A stretch of 64,000 bases of DNA from an uncultured Thermoleophilia bacterium (GCA_964533575.1 CAZHMG010000001.1:11385-75384); one strand, 5' to 3'; shown: positions 10,291-20,629, counted from the stretch's first letter. Notes: generated by a model from the sequence alone, not told the origin. Numbers and translations: made by a program.

Positions 10291-13040
10291 ACGACCTCCT
10301 GTGTTCGGCCATTTCCTGCAGCGTGTGTTCGCGATCCGGCGAGGCGCGCTCGCTCGCCCAACTGATGCTCGATCGCCAGCAACCTGTTGTACTTCGCGTT
10401 CCGCTCGCCCCGCAGGGGCGAGCCGAGCTTGATTCGCTTCGCCGCGACGCCCACCGCCAGATCGGCGATGAAGCTGTCGTTCGTGTCGCTGGATCGCAGC
10501 GAGACGGTCACGGATAGCCCGGCGTCAGACGCCAGCCGGGCGGCGGCCAATGCGCCGCTGACCGTTCCGATCTGGTTGACCTTGAGCAGGACGGCGTTCG
10601 CCGCCCCGCGCTCGATACCGATGGCGATGCGTGCCGCGTTACTGGCAAAGAGATCGTCGCCGACGATGTCGAGCCCGGGAAGCGCCGCCGTCATAGCACG
10701 GAAGCCCTCGAAGTCATCCTCGTCAAAGGCGTCCTCGAGGAAGACCAGCGGGAACTCGGCGACCAGGGAACGGAAGTACTCGACGACGTCATCGCGCGTC
10801 CTGCTCGCCCCGGCGAGCATGTACCGGTCTTCCGCCCGTTGATAGAAGGCGCTGGCCGCGACGTCGACGCCGAGACTCATGCGGTCGCCGTAGCCCGCAC
10901 GATCAGAGGCCTCGAGCATGAGGGTGAAGGCCTCGCGAGTATCGGCGATGGGCGGCGCGAGCGCGCCGCCAACATCCGGTACCTGCCCGTACTTCGCGCA
11001 CAGCAACTCCTCGAGGACGATCCGGACCTCAAGGATGGCCTCGACCGCATCCGCGAACCGCATGAAGCCGTCCGGAATCAGGATGTAGTCCTCGATCTCC
11101 AGTCGCGACGGAGAGTGAGGACCGCCGGCGAGCACCGTCGCGATGGGAACGGGCAGCTGCGTGCGTCCAGCGCCCCCAAGATGCTCGTAGAGTGGTACAC
11201 CGCGGCTGAGCGCACCCGCTCGCGCCGCGGCCAGAGATGCAGCCAGCACGGCATTGCCGCCGAGATGGCTGAGGTTCGGTGTGCCGTCGAGCTCGAGGAG
11301 AGCCGCGTCAACGCGTGCCTGATCAGCGACCGGCATGCCGATGAGGGCCGGCGCGATGACACGATCGATCATGTCGACAGCGCGCCTGACGCCAAGGCCG
11401 CGGTAGCGGTCCCCGCCGTCGACCAGCTCCACCGCTTCGTAGGTTCCCTTCGACGTTCCGCTGGGCACGGACGAGACGGCCTCGAAGCCGCGCTCTGTGC
11501 GAACCGTGGCGCTGACGGTGGGGCGTCCGGACCCGCTCAGGACCTCGAGACCCTCAACCGCCGCGATCGAATCTGCATGCTCGGTGGCCTTTGCCTGGCC
11601 TTCGGACGACACACCTTTGGAGGCGCTTCGCGCCGGCCTGTCACCGACGAGGAGGACTCTCAGGTTCATCACGTTGGTCCCCGTGTGGCCGGTGCAGATC
11701 GCACCCCCCAACTGCATCAGAGCCTCGCTGCTCCGGTGTGATGTGAGGGCTGCGGCGAGGTCGATGCCGAGCCGAGCTGCCTGCTCGCGCGTCGTCCAGT
11801 CGACGAGTCCGCCGGCGATGTCGGTCGGCCCATCGGTGCCGTCGGAATCCAGCGCCGCGAAGGCGACACGTTCCTTCGCTGAGACCTTGGCGGCGAACGC
11901 CAGCGCCGTCTCCTGATTCGGACCACCCCAGCCGTCGTCCCCGCTGATCGTGACCGTTGTCTCGCCGCCCGAGACGATCGCGGCCGGCAGCGGAAACGGC
12001 GAGTCGTCTCCCGCCATCTGCTTGGCGAGGCCCGCGAGAAAGACGCCGAGCTCGCGGGCCTCGCCCTCGATCGCCGTCGACAGCACGGTCGCGCCGTACC
12101 CCATACGGAACGCGTGATCGGCCGCGGCCCTGCACGCGCTTGCCGCGTCGCCGACGCTCACTATCGTCGATTCCGTGCCCTCAAGGCTCTTCAGCGTCTC
12201 GAGCTGAGAGTGCCTCTCCCCCGACTCGAGGTACTCACGTATTGATCTCGGCGTCTCCGCCCACAATCCGTAGTGTGTGAGCACTGCGACGGCATCCGAG
12301 AACGTGGTCGGATCAGGAAGGCACATGTCGGGCCAGGGCAAGCCCTCAGGAGCCGTGTCAAGCGTGAGCGTGATGGCTCTTGCGGGCTGCACCGCCGTCA
12401 CGAGCCTGCCACCCTTGAGCAGGCAGAGATGCCGGCGGACTGTGTTTATCTCCCGTATCGTCGCGCCACACTTCAGCAGCAGGTCCGTGAGGGTTGCCAC
12501 GTCGCTCAGGCTGATGCCCTCGGGAGGCAGCGTCGCCAATGACGAGGCGCCGCCCGTGACGACGAGGAAGACGAGATCGCGGGGTCCGGCGGACTGGGCG
12601 AGGTGCAGCATGTGCCGAGCGCCCCGCACGCTGTCGTGGTCTGGCAGCGGATGACCGGCTTCCCGTACCTCGACCCTGCTCAGTTGCCCGGTCTCACCCC
12701 TCTTGACGACCACGACGCCGCCGCTCACGCGCTCTCCCAGAAGTTGCTCGAGGGCGGCAGCGATGCGCAGAGAAGCCTTGCCGGCGCCGACGATGAAGAC
12801 GCGGTCAATCTCTCGCAGATCAACGACCTCATCGCCCGCGTGAAGGATCTCCCCCGCGAGTCGCACGCGCTCGAAGGTGCCCACCGCCGGATCGGCGCCG
12901 CGCACGCCCGCGACGAGGATGTCGAGCAGATCGGCGCGCAAGCGCGCGTCGCCGTGTCCCAGCAGCACGTCACGATTCACAATCGCGGCTGATTGCAGCG
13001 ATGGAAGCGGAGAGCGGTAGTCCTCGGCCCCGAGCGTCAT
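10287..13040 (-). CDS. Fusion of type II glycerate kinase (DUF4147/MOFRL) and an enolase-like domain
   Basis: N-half: GAGKAS, EAGHPLPD, TGGASSL, KGGRL, SGGETTV, DSDGTDG, TGTNVMN. C-half: PSGTS, EAVEL, LGGNA, VDVAAS, LED, VGDDLF, LLKVNQIG, ERNAKYNRL. One open frame; start set at ATG 13040 (ATGA overlap). Confidence 0.9.
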   Translation of the reverse strand: MTLGAEDYRSPLPSLQSAAIVNRDVLLGHGDARLRADLLDILVAGVRGADPAVGTFERVRLAGEILHAGDEVVDLREIDRVFIVGAGKASLRIAAALEQLLGERVSGGVVVVKRGETGQLSRVEVREAGHPLPDHDSVRGARHMLHLAQSAGPRDLVFLVVTGGASSLATLPPEGISLSDVATLTDLLLKCGATIREINTVRRHLCLLKGGRLVTAVQPARAITLTLDTAPEGLPWPDMCLPDPTTFSDAVAVLTHYGLWAETPRSIREYLESGERHSQLETLKSLEGTESTIVSVGDAASACRAAADHAFRMGYGATVLSTAIEGEARELGVFLAGLAKQMAGDDSPFPLPAAIVSGGETTVTISGDDGWGGPNQETALAFAAKVSAKERVAFAALDSDGTDGPTDIAGGLVDWTTREQAARLGIDLAAALTSHRSSEALMQLGGAICTGHTGTNVMNLRVLLVGDRPARSASKGVSSEGQAKATEHADSIAAVEGLEVLSGSGRPTVSATVRTERGFEAVSSVPSGTSKGTYEAVELVDGGDRYRGLGVRRAVDMIDRVIAPALIGMPVADQARVDAALLELDGTPNLSHLGGNAVLAASLAAARAGALSRGVPLYEHLGGAGRTQLPVPIATVLAGGPHSPSRLEIEDYILIPDGFMRFADAVEAILEVRIVLEELLCAKYGQVPDVGGALAPPIADTREAFTLMLEASDRAGYGDRMSLGVDVAASAFYQRAEDRYMLAGASRTRDDVVEYFRSLVAEFPLVFLEDAFDEDDFEGFRAMTAALPGLDIVGDDLFASNAARIAIGIERGAANAVLLKVNQIGTVSGALAAARLASDAGLSVTVSLRSSDTNDSFIADLAVGVAAKRIKLGSPLRGERNAKYNRLLAIEHQLGERARLAGSRTHAAGNGRTQEVV

Positions 13041-14005
13041 GGTCGAACCGAACCCGAGAGATCGTTGGCCGGCCATGTCGGGGGTCGGCCGTTCAGCACT
13101 TCGACGATTCCCTGGGCCGAGTGCACCGCCATGTTCTTCATGGCGGCGTTCGTATGTGCAGCCATGTGCGGTGTGAGTACGACGTTCTCCAGCTCGAAGA
13201 GCGGGTCACCGTCGGCGGGTGGATCCGTGGTGAAGACGTCGATGCCCGCGCCGGCGAGGTGGCCCGAGCGCAAGGCTGCGACGAGCGCTGGTTCGTCCAC
13301 GAGCTCAGCCCGTGCACAATTGATCAGATATGAACCCGGCCTCATCTGCCCGAGTTCCTCAGCGCCGATGAGGCCGCGCGTCTGCTCGTTCAGCGCCGCA
13401 TTCAGCGAGACGAAATCGGATGACCGCAGCAGCGACTCCAGATCGGCGACCATCTGAACGGGGACGTCCGGCGGCGCTGCCGCGACGGATGGATCGAAGG
13501 CCTTCACTGCCATGCCGAGGCCGCGCGCGGCACGTACCGCGAGCGCGCGGCCGACGTTGCCGAGCCCGACGATGCCGAGCGTCGCTTCGCCGAGCTCGAT
13601 TCCGTAATGGCGGTGACGGAAGTCGAAATCTCCCGCGCGTATGGCTGCATCCGCGCGCGTCATATTCTTCGCGAGCACGATGATCATGCCCAGCACGTGC
13701 TCGGCGACGGAGACGCCGTTGGCCGCGGGAGTGTAGGTGACTTGAATCCCGCGCCGGGTCGCCGTCGCCAGATCGATGGTGTCCAGGCCTGCGCCGTGAC
13801 GGGAGATCACTCGCAGCCGCGACCCTGCCTCGATGATCTCACGGTCGACCTTGAAGTTGCGGATCAGCAGGCCGTCCGCATCCGCCACCGCTGCCCTGAG
13901 GCTCTCGTGATCACACTCCGGCAGTTGGCGCACGGACAGCCCGTGCGAAGCCAGGAGTTCTATGCCTTCGGCGGCTATCGGTTGCGCAACGAGCACTACT
14001 TGCAT
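13037..14005 (-). CDS. D-isomer-specific 2-hydroxyacid dehydrogenase (SerA/hydroxypyruvate reductase-like)
   Basis: GAGLDTID, VAEH, Rossmann GLGNVG, INCARAELVDE, GIDVF and LTPHMA. Confidence 0.93.
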   Translation of the reverse strand: MQVVLVAQPIAAEGIELLASHGLSVRQLPECDHESLRAAVADADGLLIRNFKVDREIIEAGSRLRVISRHGAGLDTIDLATATRRGIQVTYTPAANGVSVAEHVLGMIIVLAKNMTRADAAIRAGDFDFRHRHYGIELGEATLGIVGLGNVGRALAVRAARGLGMAVKAFDPSVAAAPPDVPVQMVADLESLLRSSDFVSLNAALNEQTRGLIGAEELGQMRPGSYLINCARAELVDEPALVAALRSGHLAGAGIDVFTTDPPADGDPLFELENVVLTPHMAAHTNAAMKNMAVHSAQGIVEVLNGRPPTWPANDLSGSVRP

Positions 14006-14056
14006 CTGTCTTCCTCCGCATCACGCCGCAGCATCTGGCACGCGCGACGCCGTCGC

Positions 14057-15016
14057 TTAGATGTGAGCCTCCGCCTCGAAGCACGCGACCAGGTGGCCCG
14101 GACGCACTTCGCGCAGCAGCGGCAGGCGTTCGGTGCAGCCGGGCTGCACCCAGGGGCACCGCGGCGCGAGGTTGCAGCGGTTGTCGGGAAGATCGACGGG
14201 GCTGGGGATCTCTCCCTTCAGCATGACCCCCTCCCGCTTCTGGTCCGGATCCGGCGACAGGTGAGCGCTGAGGAGTGCGCGCGTGTATGGATGGATGGGC
14301 AAATCGAGCACTGAACGGGTGGGGCCCTGCTCGATGATTCGCCCGAGATACATGACCAGGATGCGGTGACTCAGCTCGCCGATGACGGTGAGGTCGTGCG
14401 TGATGAAGAGATAGGCCATACCAAGCTCGGCCTGCAGCTTCCTCAGCAGCAGCACGATCTCGGCCCGAAAGCGGATGTCGAGCAGCGACGTCGGTTCGTC
14501 AAGGATGACGAGCTTGGGATTCGTCGCGATCGCGCGCGCTATCCCTACGCGTTGCTGCTCGCCCTGGGTCAATTCGACGGGATACTTGGCCATGTGCGCC
14601 GTGCTCAGCTCAACCATCTCGAGCACCTCCGCGACGCGGCGGCGCCGGGCCGCCCTCTCCAGGGCGCCCTGGACGATCAGGGGATCCTCGATGATCTTCC
14701 TGACGATCTTCCGTGGATTCAGTGAGTCGTAGGGATCCTGAAAGACGATCTGCGCCTGACCTCGGAACTGCTTGAGCTGCTTTCTGTCGAAGCGGGTGAT
14801 GTCGTCGCCGAGAAAGATGGTCGAGCCCGAGGTGGGCTCGATAAGATGGATCGCGCACCTTCCAAGCGTCGTCTTGCCGGAGCCGCTCTCGCCGACCAAC
14901 CCGACCGTCTCGCCCTGGGCGATCTCGAAGTCGACCCCGTTGACCGCATTCACCTTCGAATGCTTCTTCAGGGGGAAGCACTTGTACAGATTCTCGATCG
15001 TGAGCACCGAACTCAT
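14057..15016 (-). CDS. Oligopeptide/dipeptide ABC transporter ATP-binding protein (OppF/DppF)
   Basis: GESGSGKT, QDPYDSLNP, DEPT, HPYTRALL and the C-terminal Cys motif. Start set at ATG 15016 (ATGA overlap). Confidence 0.92.
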   Translation of the reverse strand: MSSVLTIENLYKCFPLKKHSKVNAVNGVDFEIAQGETVGLVGESGSGKTTLGRCAIHLIEPTSGSTIFLGDDITRFDRKQLKQFRGQAQIVFQDPYDSLNPRKIVRKIIEDPLIVQGALERAARRRRVAEVLEMVELSTAHMAKYPVELTQGEQQRVGIARAIATNPKLVILDEPTSLLDIRFRAEIVLLLRKLQAELGMAYLFITHDLTVIGELSHRILVMYLGRIIEQGPTRSVLDLPIHPYTRALLSAHLSPDPDQKREGVMLKGEIPSPVDLPDNRCNLAPRCPWVQPGCTERLPLLREVRPGHLVACFEAEAHI

Positions 15017-16005
15017 GTCAAGGTTTCCCATTTGTGACACTTCACCTCATGGCCCTCGCTCACCGCGCTCATCTCCGGGTTCACGTCCCAGCATTGATCG
15101 CCCGAGAGGCTGCAGCGCGGAGCAAACGAACATCCGTTGCCGACCCGCTTTCCCGTCGAAAACCCGGACACTTCAGCGTCCAGACCGACTCCCCCTGATT
15201 GCGAGGCGAAAGCTGCCGCCAGCAGGTAGCGGCTGTAGGGGTGCCGCGCATTCTTGAAGAAGTCCCTCACCGTCCCCATCTCGACCAGCTCGCCTTGCCC
15301 AAGCACGGCGACCTTGTTGCAGTAGTTGGCGACGATGCCGAGATCGCGCGTGGCCAGCAGCACGCCCGCGCGAAGCTCCTTCAACAGCCCCGACATGAGC
15401 TCGAGCACCTGCGTCTGGATGGTGACGTCGAGACCCATCGTGGGTTCGTCGGCGAGCAGCACCTGCGGGGTCATCGCCAGGGCGATCGCGAGCACAACCC
15501 TCTGAGCCATTCCCCCGCTCAACTCGTGCGGGTAGTTCTCGTAGTTGCGGGCAGGATCCGGCATCTGGACGAGGCGGAACATCTCGAGCACCTTCGCCCG
15601 TGCCTGAGCGCGATCCAGCTTCAGATTCGCCTGCATCACGTTGCACGCCTGGTCGCCGACGGTGATGATCGGACTCAGGCGTTCGCGGGCGTTGGGAGGG
15701 ATGAAGACGATGGCCTTGCCCCAGATGCGGCGCAGCTGCTCCTCGTCCTTGTCGAGGAGGTTCTCCCACGCTTCCCCATTACGGACGGAGAGCTCCTCCG
15801 CCTCCATCCACAGAGGTGGCTGGGGGTTGCGTCCCAGAGCATCGATCAGCACCGACTTGCCCGATCCGGTCTCGCCCACGAGTCCGACCACGTCTGACTG
15901 CTCCAGCGTAATTGTGATGCCGTTCAGCAGCTTCCGGCTCGTCCCCGTGAACGCCGACGGGGCGTACACGCTGAGATCTCTGACCTTGAGGACCGCGTCT
16001 GTCAT
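15013..16005 (-). CDS. Oligopeptide/dipeptide ABC transporter ATP-binding protein (OppD/DppD)
   Basis: GETGSGKS, YPHELSGGMAQRV, ADEPTMGLDVT, HPYS and CSFAPRC. Confidence 0.92.
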   Translation of the reverse strand: MTDAVLKVRDLSVYAPSAFTGTSRKLLNGITITLEQSDVVGLVGETGSGKSVLIDALGRNPQPPLWMEAEELSVRNGEAWENLLDKDEEQLRRIWGKAIVFIPPNARERLSPIITVGDQACNVMQANLKLDRAQARAKVLEMFRLVQMPDPARNYENYPHELSGGMAQRVVLAIALAMTPQVLLADEPTMGLDVTIQTQVLELMSGLLKELRAGVLLATRDLGIVANYCNKVAVLGQGELVEMGTVRDFFKNARHPYSRYLLAAAFASQSGGVGLDAEVSGFSTGKRVGNGCSFAPRCSLSGDQCWDVNPEMSAVSEGHEVKCHKWETLT

Positions 16006-16019
16006 GGCTCCATCCAGTG

Positions 16020-16049
16020 GGGGGGCCGGGCCGGTGCGCCCGGCCCCCC
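16020..16049 (-). other. Intra-operon stem-loop after the substrate-binding protein gene (likely mRNA stabiliser or attenuator)
   Basis: Perfect 12-bp inverted repeat GGGGGGCCGGGC-cggtgc-GCCCGGCCCCCC between the SBP and OppD genes. Confidence 0.7.
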
Positions 16050-16075
16050 TGTCTCCCTTTACGCTCTCTGCCGGA

Positions 16076-17737
16076 TCACTTCGTGACTTCGTCGTACCTG
16101 GTGGTTTCGCCGATGTCCAGGCTCCACCCGTTGATGTTGTCGCGCACGGCCATCCGGTAGCCCTCCTGGACGACGAAGCCCACGGGCGCCGCCTCGAGGA
16201 TGTCCTCCTGGATCTTCTGGTGGAACTCGTAGCGCTCCTGCTCGTCGACGATGCTCACGCCCTCCTTGATCATCTTGTCGATGTTCGGATCGGAGAAGTA
16301 GCCGAAGTTGCAGAAGCCGTTGGTGTCGTACATGAGGCCGACGTCGTAGTTCGGATCCGGAGCGAACGGGTAGATCCGGATGAGCGCAAACGGGGCCTTC
16401 TTTGAGGTGTAGAGCGTCTCAAGGGTGCCGAGCGGAGTCTTGCGCAGCGAGACGTTGATGCCGATCTTCGCCAGCTCTTCCTTGATCGTGACGCACGCCG
16501 TCTCGTGCGGCAGCACGCCGGCCTGGTAGTAGAGGTCCACGTCGAACCCCTTCTCGTAGCCGGCCTCCTTCATCAGCTGCTTGGCCTTCTCGATGTCGTA
16601 GTTGTAGGGGAAGGCGCTGGTATCCAGGGCGCCCGGATACTGGACCGGGTATACCGCCGCCATGGGCTGCGCCATGCCGTAGTAGGCCGACTGGATGATC
16701 TTGTCGCGATCGATCGCGAAGTTGACGGCTTGACGCACCTTCTTGTTCGCGAACTCGGGCACAACTTTCTGGTTCAGCACGAGGTGCGTCAGCCAGAAGC
16801 CCTGCGTCTCAACAGTCTTGACGCCTTCCACGTCGCGCAGCGACGTGATCTCGTTCGGCGACATCTCCTGAGCCACGTCGATCGTCCCGTCCTGGAGGGC
16901 GGCGTACCTGGTGGAGCTCTCGGGGATGACCTTGATGATGATCTTCTTGATCTTCGGCTCGCCCATGAAGTAGTTGGGGTTCGCCGTCAGCACGGCCTGC
17001 TTGCCGGGGGTGAACTCGGTCACGTAGTAGGGGCCGTAGGCGGGCGAGTTCTTGTCGATGTAGGCGGTTCCGGCATCGCCGAGGGGATCACCGTTCGATT
17101 CGGCCGCAACCTGCTGCTTGTCATAGGGGAAGGTGCAGTTGCTGAGGGCCATCATCGAGACGACCTGCGGGTTGGGCACCGTCGAGGTGAAGGAGATCGT
17201 GTACTTGTCGATGACCTTGATCGCCTTGATGTCGGGAATGGCCATGACGCTGGCGTAGAAGGCGCTGGCGCCGTTCATCTTCAGGCCGCGCTCCCACTTG
17301 TAGTACACATCGTCGGCGGTCAGCTCGTGGTCGTAGGCGCTCTTGACGCCCTTCTTGAGCTTGAAGGTGACGGTCTTGCCGTCCTCGGACACCTCATGGG
17401 ATTCGGCCAGACGAGGCTCAAGCGAGGTGTACTCAGACACCGTCAGGCCCTCCGCCTGCTCCGAAGGGATGCTTTCGTAGCGAAGGAGCGTGTCCGTCAA
17501 CTGGCGGAGAAACACCCAGATCATCGGGTGATTGGCCTTCTCGACGTCGAGGTGCGGCGGCAGTTCGATCGTGCCGACGATCAAGGTGTCGCTGCCGCCC
17601 GCGGCTGCAGGGCTTGCCTCGTTCGACGCGCTCGGCGAGTCGTCGCCGCCGCACCCCACGAGCAGCAGACCGACTGCCATGACGAGGGCTGCTACGAGGC
17701 CCAGAATCACGAACTTTCGTTTGTAGAAGTCTCCCAT
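16076..17737 (-). CDS. ABC transporter substrate-binding lipoprotein, family 5 (OppA/DppA-like)
   Basis: Lipobox LLVGC; PRLAES...TFKLKKGVK...LTADDVYY family-5 signature; VRQAVNFAIDR. Start set at ATG 17737 after a GGGAG RBS. Confidence 0.93.
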   Translation of the reverse strand: MGDFYKRKFVILGLVAALVMAVGLLLVGCGGDDSPSASNEASPAAAGGSDTLIVGTIELPPHLDVEKANHPMIWVFLRQLTDTLLRYESIPSEQAEGLTVSEYTSLEPRLAESHEVSEDGKTVTFKLKKGVKSAYDHELTADDVYYKWERGLKMNGASAFYASVMAIPDIKAIKVIDKYTISFTSTVPNPQVVSMMALSNCTFPYDKQQVAAESNGDPLGDAGTAYIDKNSPAYGPYYVTEFTPGKQAVLTANPNYFMGEPKIKKIIIKVIPESSTRYAALQDGTIDVAQEMSPNEITSLRDVEGVKTVETQGFWLTHLVLNQKVVPEFANKKVRQAVNFAIDRDKIIQSAYYGMAQPMAAVYPVQYPGALDTSAFPYNYDIEKAKQLMKEAGYEKGFDVDLYYQAGVLPHETACVTIKEELAKIGINVSLRKTPLGTLETLYTSKKAPFALIRIYPFAPDPNYDVGLMYDTNGFCNFGYFSDPNIDKMIKEGVSIVDEQERYEFHQKIQEDILEAAPVGFVVQEGYRMAVRDNINGWSLDIGETTRYDEVTK

Positions 17738-17862
17738 GGTGTTTCTCCCCTCACGCCTGAATCCGGATGATCGTCCGCCCTGCTCGCCCGGGCGGCTCCC
17801 ACAAGTCAACACTGCTTCTCAGCTCGCCTCCTTGCTTCGACTGTCGCAACGGTCGACGCCAA

Positions 17863-18804
17863 CTACATCCGGGCCGCGATGGCCTCGGCCTCGACTTCCT
17901 CATCGGTGAGCACCGCTTCGTCCGACTCACCCACGCCATAACCCATCCGAATGCGCTCCAGCGGATCCAGAAGGGCGGTGATGGCCTCACCCACGACCGA
18001 GTAGCAGAAGATGGTCACGGCCATGAACACGCCTGGGAAGAACGACGGCCACCACTGGCCGGTGATGATCGAAGGGCCACCGATCGCGATCATCGACCCC
18101 CACTCGGGCGTCGGGACGCGCACGCCGGCCCCGACGAAACTCAGGCCGGCGATCAGCAGGATCCCGAAGCCCATGACGGTCGACAGCATCGCGATGACCG
18201 GATTCAGCGCGTTGGGCATCAGGTGCACGAACGCGATCCTGAGGTTCGAATCGCCGGCGGCCCGCGCGGCCTCGACGAAAGTCCTGTCCCGCAAGGCCAG
18301 CACCTCCGAACGCGCCAGCCGCAGATTCGAGATGTGGTTCGCCACGACGATCGCGAGGACCAGGTTGGCCGGCCGTGGGCCGAACGCAGCGACGAGCAAC
18401 AACGCGAGGACGAAGATCGGGAACGCCTGCAGGACGTCCTCGATGCGGAGGATGATCCTCGCGACGAATCCGTTCAGCCCTCCGCGGCCGTCGAAGTACC
18501 CGGTGTACACCCCAACCGGCGCACCGATAAGCATCGACAGGGCGGCGCCGGCAAAGGCGATCACCAGATCGGTTCGATAGGCCGCAATGGTGCGCGAGAA
18601 CACGTCCATCGCGTTGGCGTCCGTCCCGAACCAGTACTCTCCAGACGGGGGGAGAAGCACCGCCCCGGGGATGGATTCCGTCGGGGAATGCGGCACCACG
18701 TACGGACCTATGAGCGCCAGGAGCAGCGAGATCGCGACGTAGATGAAGCCGAGCGTATAGAGAGGGTGTCTCCTCAGGTATCTGAGCGCATAACTCTGGC
18801 TCAT
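17863..18804 (-). CDS. Peptide ABC transporter permease (OppC/DppC)
   Basis: WFGTD, EAA motif FVEAARAAG, HLMPN and PEWGSM. Confidence 0.93.
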   Translation of the reverse strand: MSQSYALRYLRRHPLYTLGFIYVAISLLLALIGPYVVPHSPTESIPGAVLLPPSGEYWFGTDANAMDVFSRTIAAYRTDLVIAFAGAALSMLIGAPVGVYTGYFDGRGGLNGFVARIILRIEDVLQAFPIFVLALLLVAAFGPRPANLVLAIVVANHISNLRLARSEVLALRDRTFVEAARAAGDSNLRIAFVHLMPNALNPVIAMLSTVMGFGILLIAGLSFVGAGVRVPTPEWGSMIAIGGPSIITGQWWPSFFPGVFMAVTIFCYSVVGEAITALLDPLERIRMGYGVGESDEAVLTDEEVEAEAIAARM

Positions 18805-18825
18805 CGCGCATCCCCTGTCATGCGA

Positions 18826-19854
18826 CTAGCCAAGGCTCTTGATCCGTGGGTCGACCCAGAAGTAGACGAAGTCGACCAGCATGTAGACGACCAGGGTGAG
18901 CAGGGCCGACACCAGCACCACTCCCTGGATGGCCTGGAAGTCAGAATTGATGACTGCCTGTACGGCGTACTGGCCGAATCCACCCCAGCTGAAGACGGTC
19001 TCTACGAGCACGGCGCCGCCGATCAGGAAACCGAAGGTGAAGGCGGTCATCGTGGCCACCGACGGGTACACGGACTTGCGAATGTACGTCTGGATGAGGC
19101 CGGGCGAGAGGCCGGAGACCTTCGCGTAATCCACGTAGGCGCTCTGCTTGACGTGATTCGCCGTGACGATGGCGATCTTGGCAACGGCGCCGCTGTAGAC
19201 GAACGTGAGGACGAAGACCGGAAGCGCGAGGTGAGTGAGGCTGCTCCACAGCGCCTCCCAGTTGGCGGTGAGCAGGCTGTCGATCACGTACGCGCCCGTG
19301 ATCGTGTCCGGAGGCGCCATACCGATGTCGATCTGCCCCACCGGCGCAGGCGCCCACTGCAGCTGCACGTAGAAGATGAAGATCAGCAGCAGACCCAGCC
19401 AGAAGTCCGGGAAGGCCCCGGCCAGCATCCCGTAGCCGAACATCGTCTTCCGGGCGGCTCCCCGCGTCACGCTCTTGCGCACCGACACGGACTTGAGCGC
19501 GAGCGGCACCACCACCAGGATCGTGAGCAGCAGCGAGATGACGATCAGTTCGAGCGTGGCAGGCAGCCTCATGGCTATGTCGTCGCGGACCGTGTTGCCC
19601 GTGTACCACGACTTCCCAAGGTCGCCTTGCACCACGTTGGTGAGGTAGTACCAGAACTGCTCTATGAGCGACCCGGTGAGCCCCATCTGCTCCCTGATCT
19701 TCTCCACGCCCTCCTCGGGCACCAGCGGCCCAGCCATGAGGCGGGCGGGGTCACCGGGAATCAGACGGACGACCAGGAAGGCGATCAGGACGATACCGAC
19801 TATCTGGGGTATGAAGAATACTGCGCGTACCCCGAGGTACTTCAGGTACTTCAT
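18826..19854 (-). CDS. Peptide ABC transporter permease (OppB/DppB)
   Basis: IPGDPA, GDLGKS, RLPATLEL, VETVFSWGGFG and VDPRI. Confidence 0.93.
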   Translation of the reverse strand: MKYLKYLGVRAVFFIPQIVGIVLIAFLVVRLIPGDPARLMAGPLVPEEGVEKIREQMGLTGSLIEQFWYYLTNVVQGDLGKSWYTGNTVRDDIAMRLPATLELIVISLLLTILVVVPLALKSVSVRKSVTRGAARKTMFGYGMLAGAFPDFWLGLLLIFIFYVQLQWAPAPVGQIDIGMAPPDTITGAYVIDSLLTANWEALWSSLTHLALPVFVLTFVYSGAVAKIAIVTANHVKQSAYVDYAKVSGLSPGLIQTYIRKSVYPSVATMTAFTFGFLIGGAVLVETVFSWGGFGQYAVQAVINSDFQAIQGVVLVSALLTLVVYMLVDFVYFWVDPRIKSLG

Positions 19855-19873
19855 CGGAATCTCCCTCTCGCCA

Positions 19874-20629
19874 TCAGTGCAGGGTGGCGCCGCAGTCGAC
19901 GAGCAGTGTCTGGCCGGTGATGTCGTCCGACAGGCTGGAGGCGAAGAAGAGCACCGCTCCCACAGGACTGTCGGGCTGCTGCGAGCGCTTGAGGCACGTC
20001 ATCGGGATGACCGTCTGCTTGCCCTCTTCACCAAAGACATCCAGGCTCGCCTGGGTCGTGACCATGCCGGGAGCGACGGCATTCACGTTGATGTTGGAGG
20101 GCCCCAGCGATCGCGCGAGCGTGCGCGTAAGGCCGAGCACGGCGCCCTTCGCCGCCGTGTAGTGGTCTATGCCAGGGAAGCCGTTCCAGACGATGGCCGA
20201 ACCCATGTTGATGATCTTGCCGCCGCCCTGCTGCTTCATGTAGGGATACACGGCCTTGCAGCAGAGGAACATGCCCTTGGCGTGGACCGCCATGATCTTG
20301 TCCCACTCCTCCACGCTGATCTCGGTGAAGAACTTGGGGGTGAGGCCGCCGTAGATGCCGGCGTTGTTCACGAGAACGTCGAGCCTGCCGAACCGCTCCC
20401 ACGTCCGTTCGGCCATGGTCGTCACGTCGTCCTCGGAGGTGACGTCGACGTGGAGTGCGAGGACCTCGCCCCCCATGGCCTCGATCTCGTCGGCTACACC
20501 GTGGCAATCGAGGATGTCGCCCACCACGATACGCGAACCTTCGCGCGCAAAGGCGAGGGCGAACTCCCTGCCGAGGCCGCGGGCGCTTCCCGTCACGGCC
20601 ACCGTCTTACCCTCGAGGCCCATGTTCAT
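19874..20629 (-). CDS. Short-chain dehydrogenase/reductase (SDR)
   Basis: TGSARGLG, VNNAG, catalytic YTAAK, NAVAPG and ITGQ. Start set at ATG 20629 (ATGA overlap). Confidence 0.93.
   Translation of the reverse strand: MNMGLEGKTVAVTGSARGLGREFALAFAREGSRIVVGDILDCHGVADEIEAMGGEVLALHVDVTSEDDVTTMAERTWERFGRLDVLVNNAGIYGGLTPKFFTEISVEEWDKIMAVHAKGMFLCCKAVYPYMKQQGGGKIINMGSAIVWNGFPGIDHYTAAKGAVLGLTRTLARSLGPSNINVNAVAPGMVTTQASLDVFGEEGKQTVIPMTCLKRSQQPDSPVGAVLFFASSLSDDITGQTLLVDCGATLH

Noticed and set aside
8092-10365. 757-aa plus-strand ORF
   Set aside because: Antisense shadow of ALDH and glycerate kinase, common in high-GC DNA; no motifs.
17767-19920. 717-aa plus-strand ORF
   Set aside because: Antisense to oppB and oppC; Arg/His-rich shadow composition.
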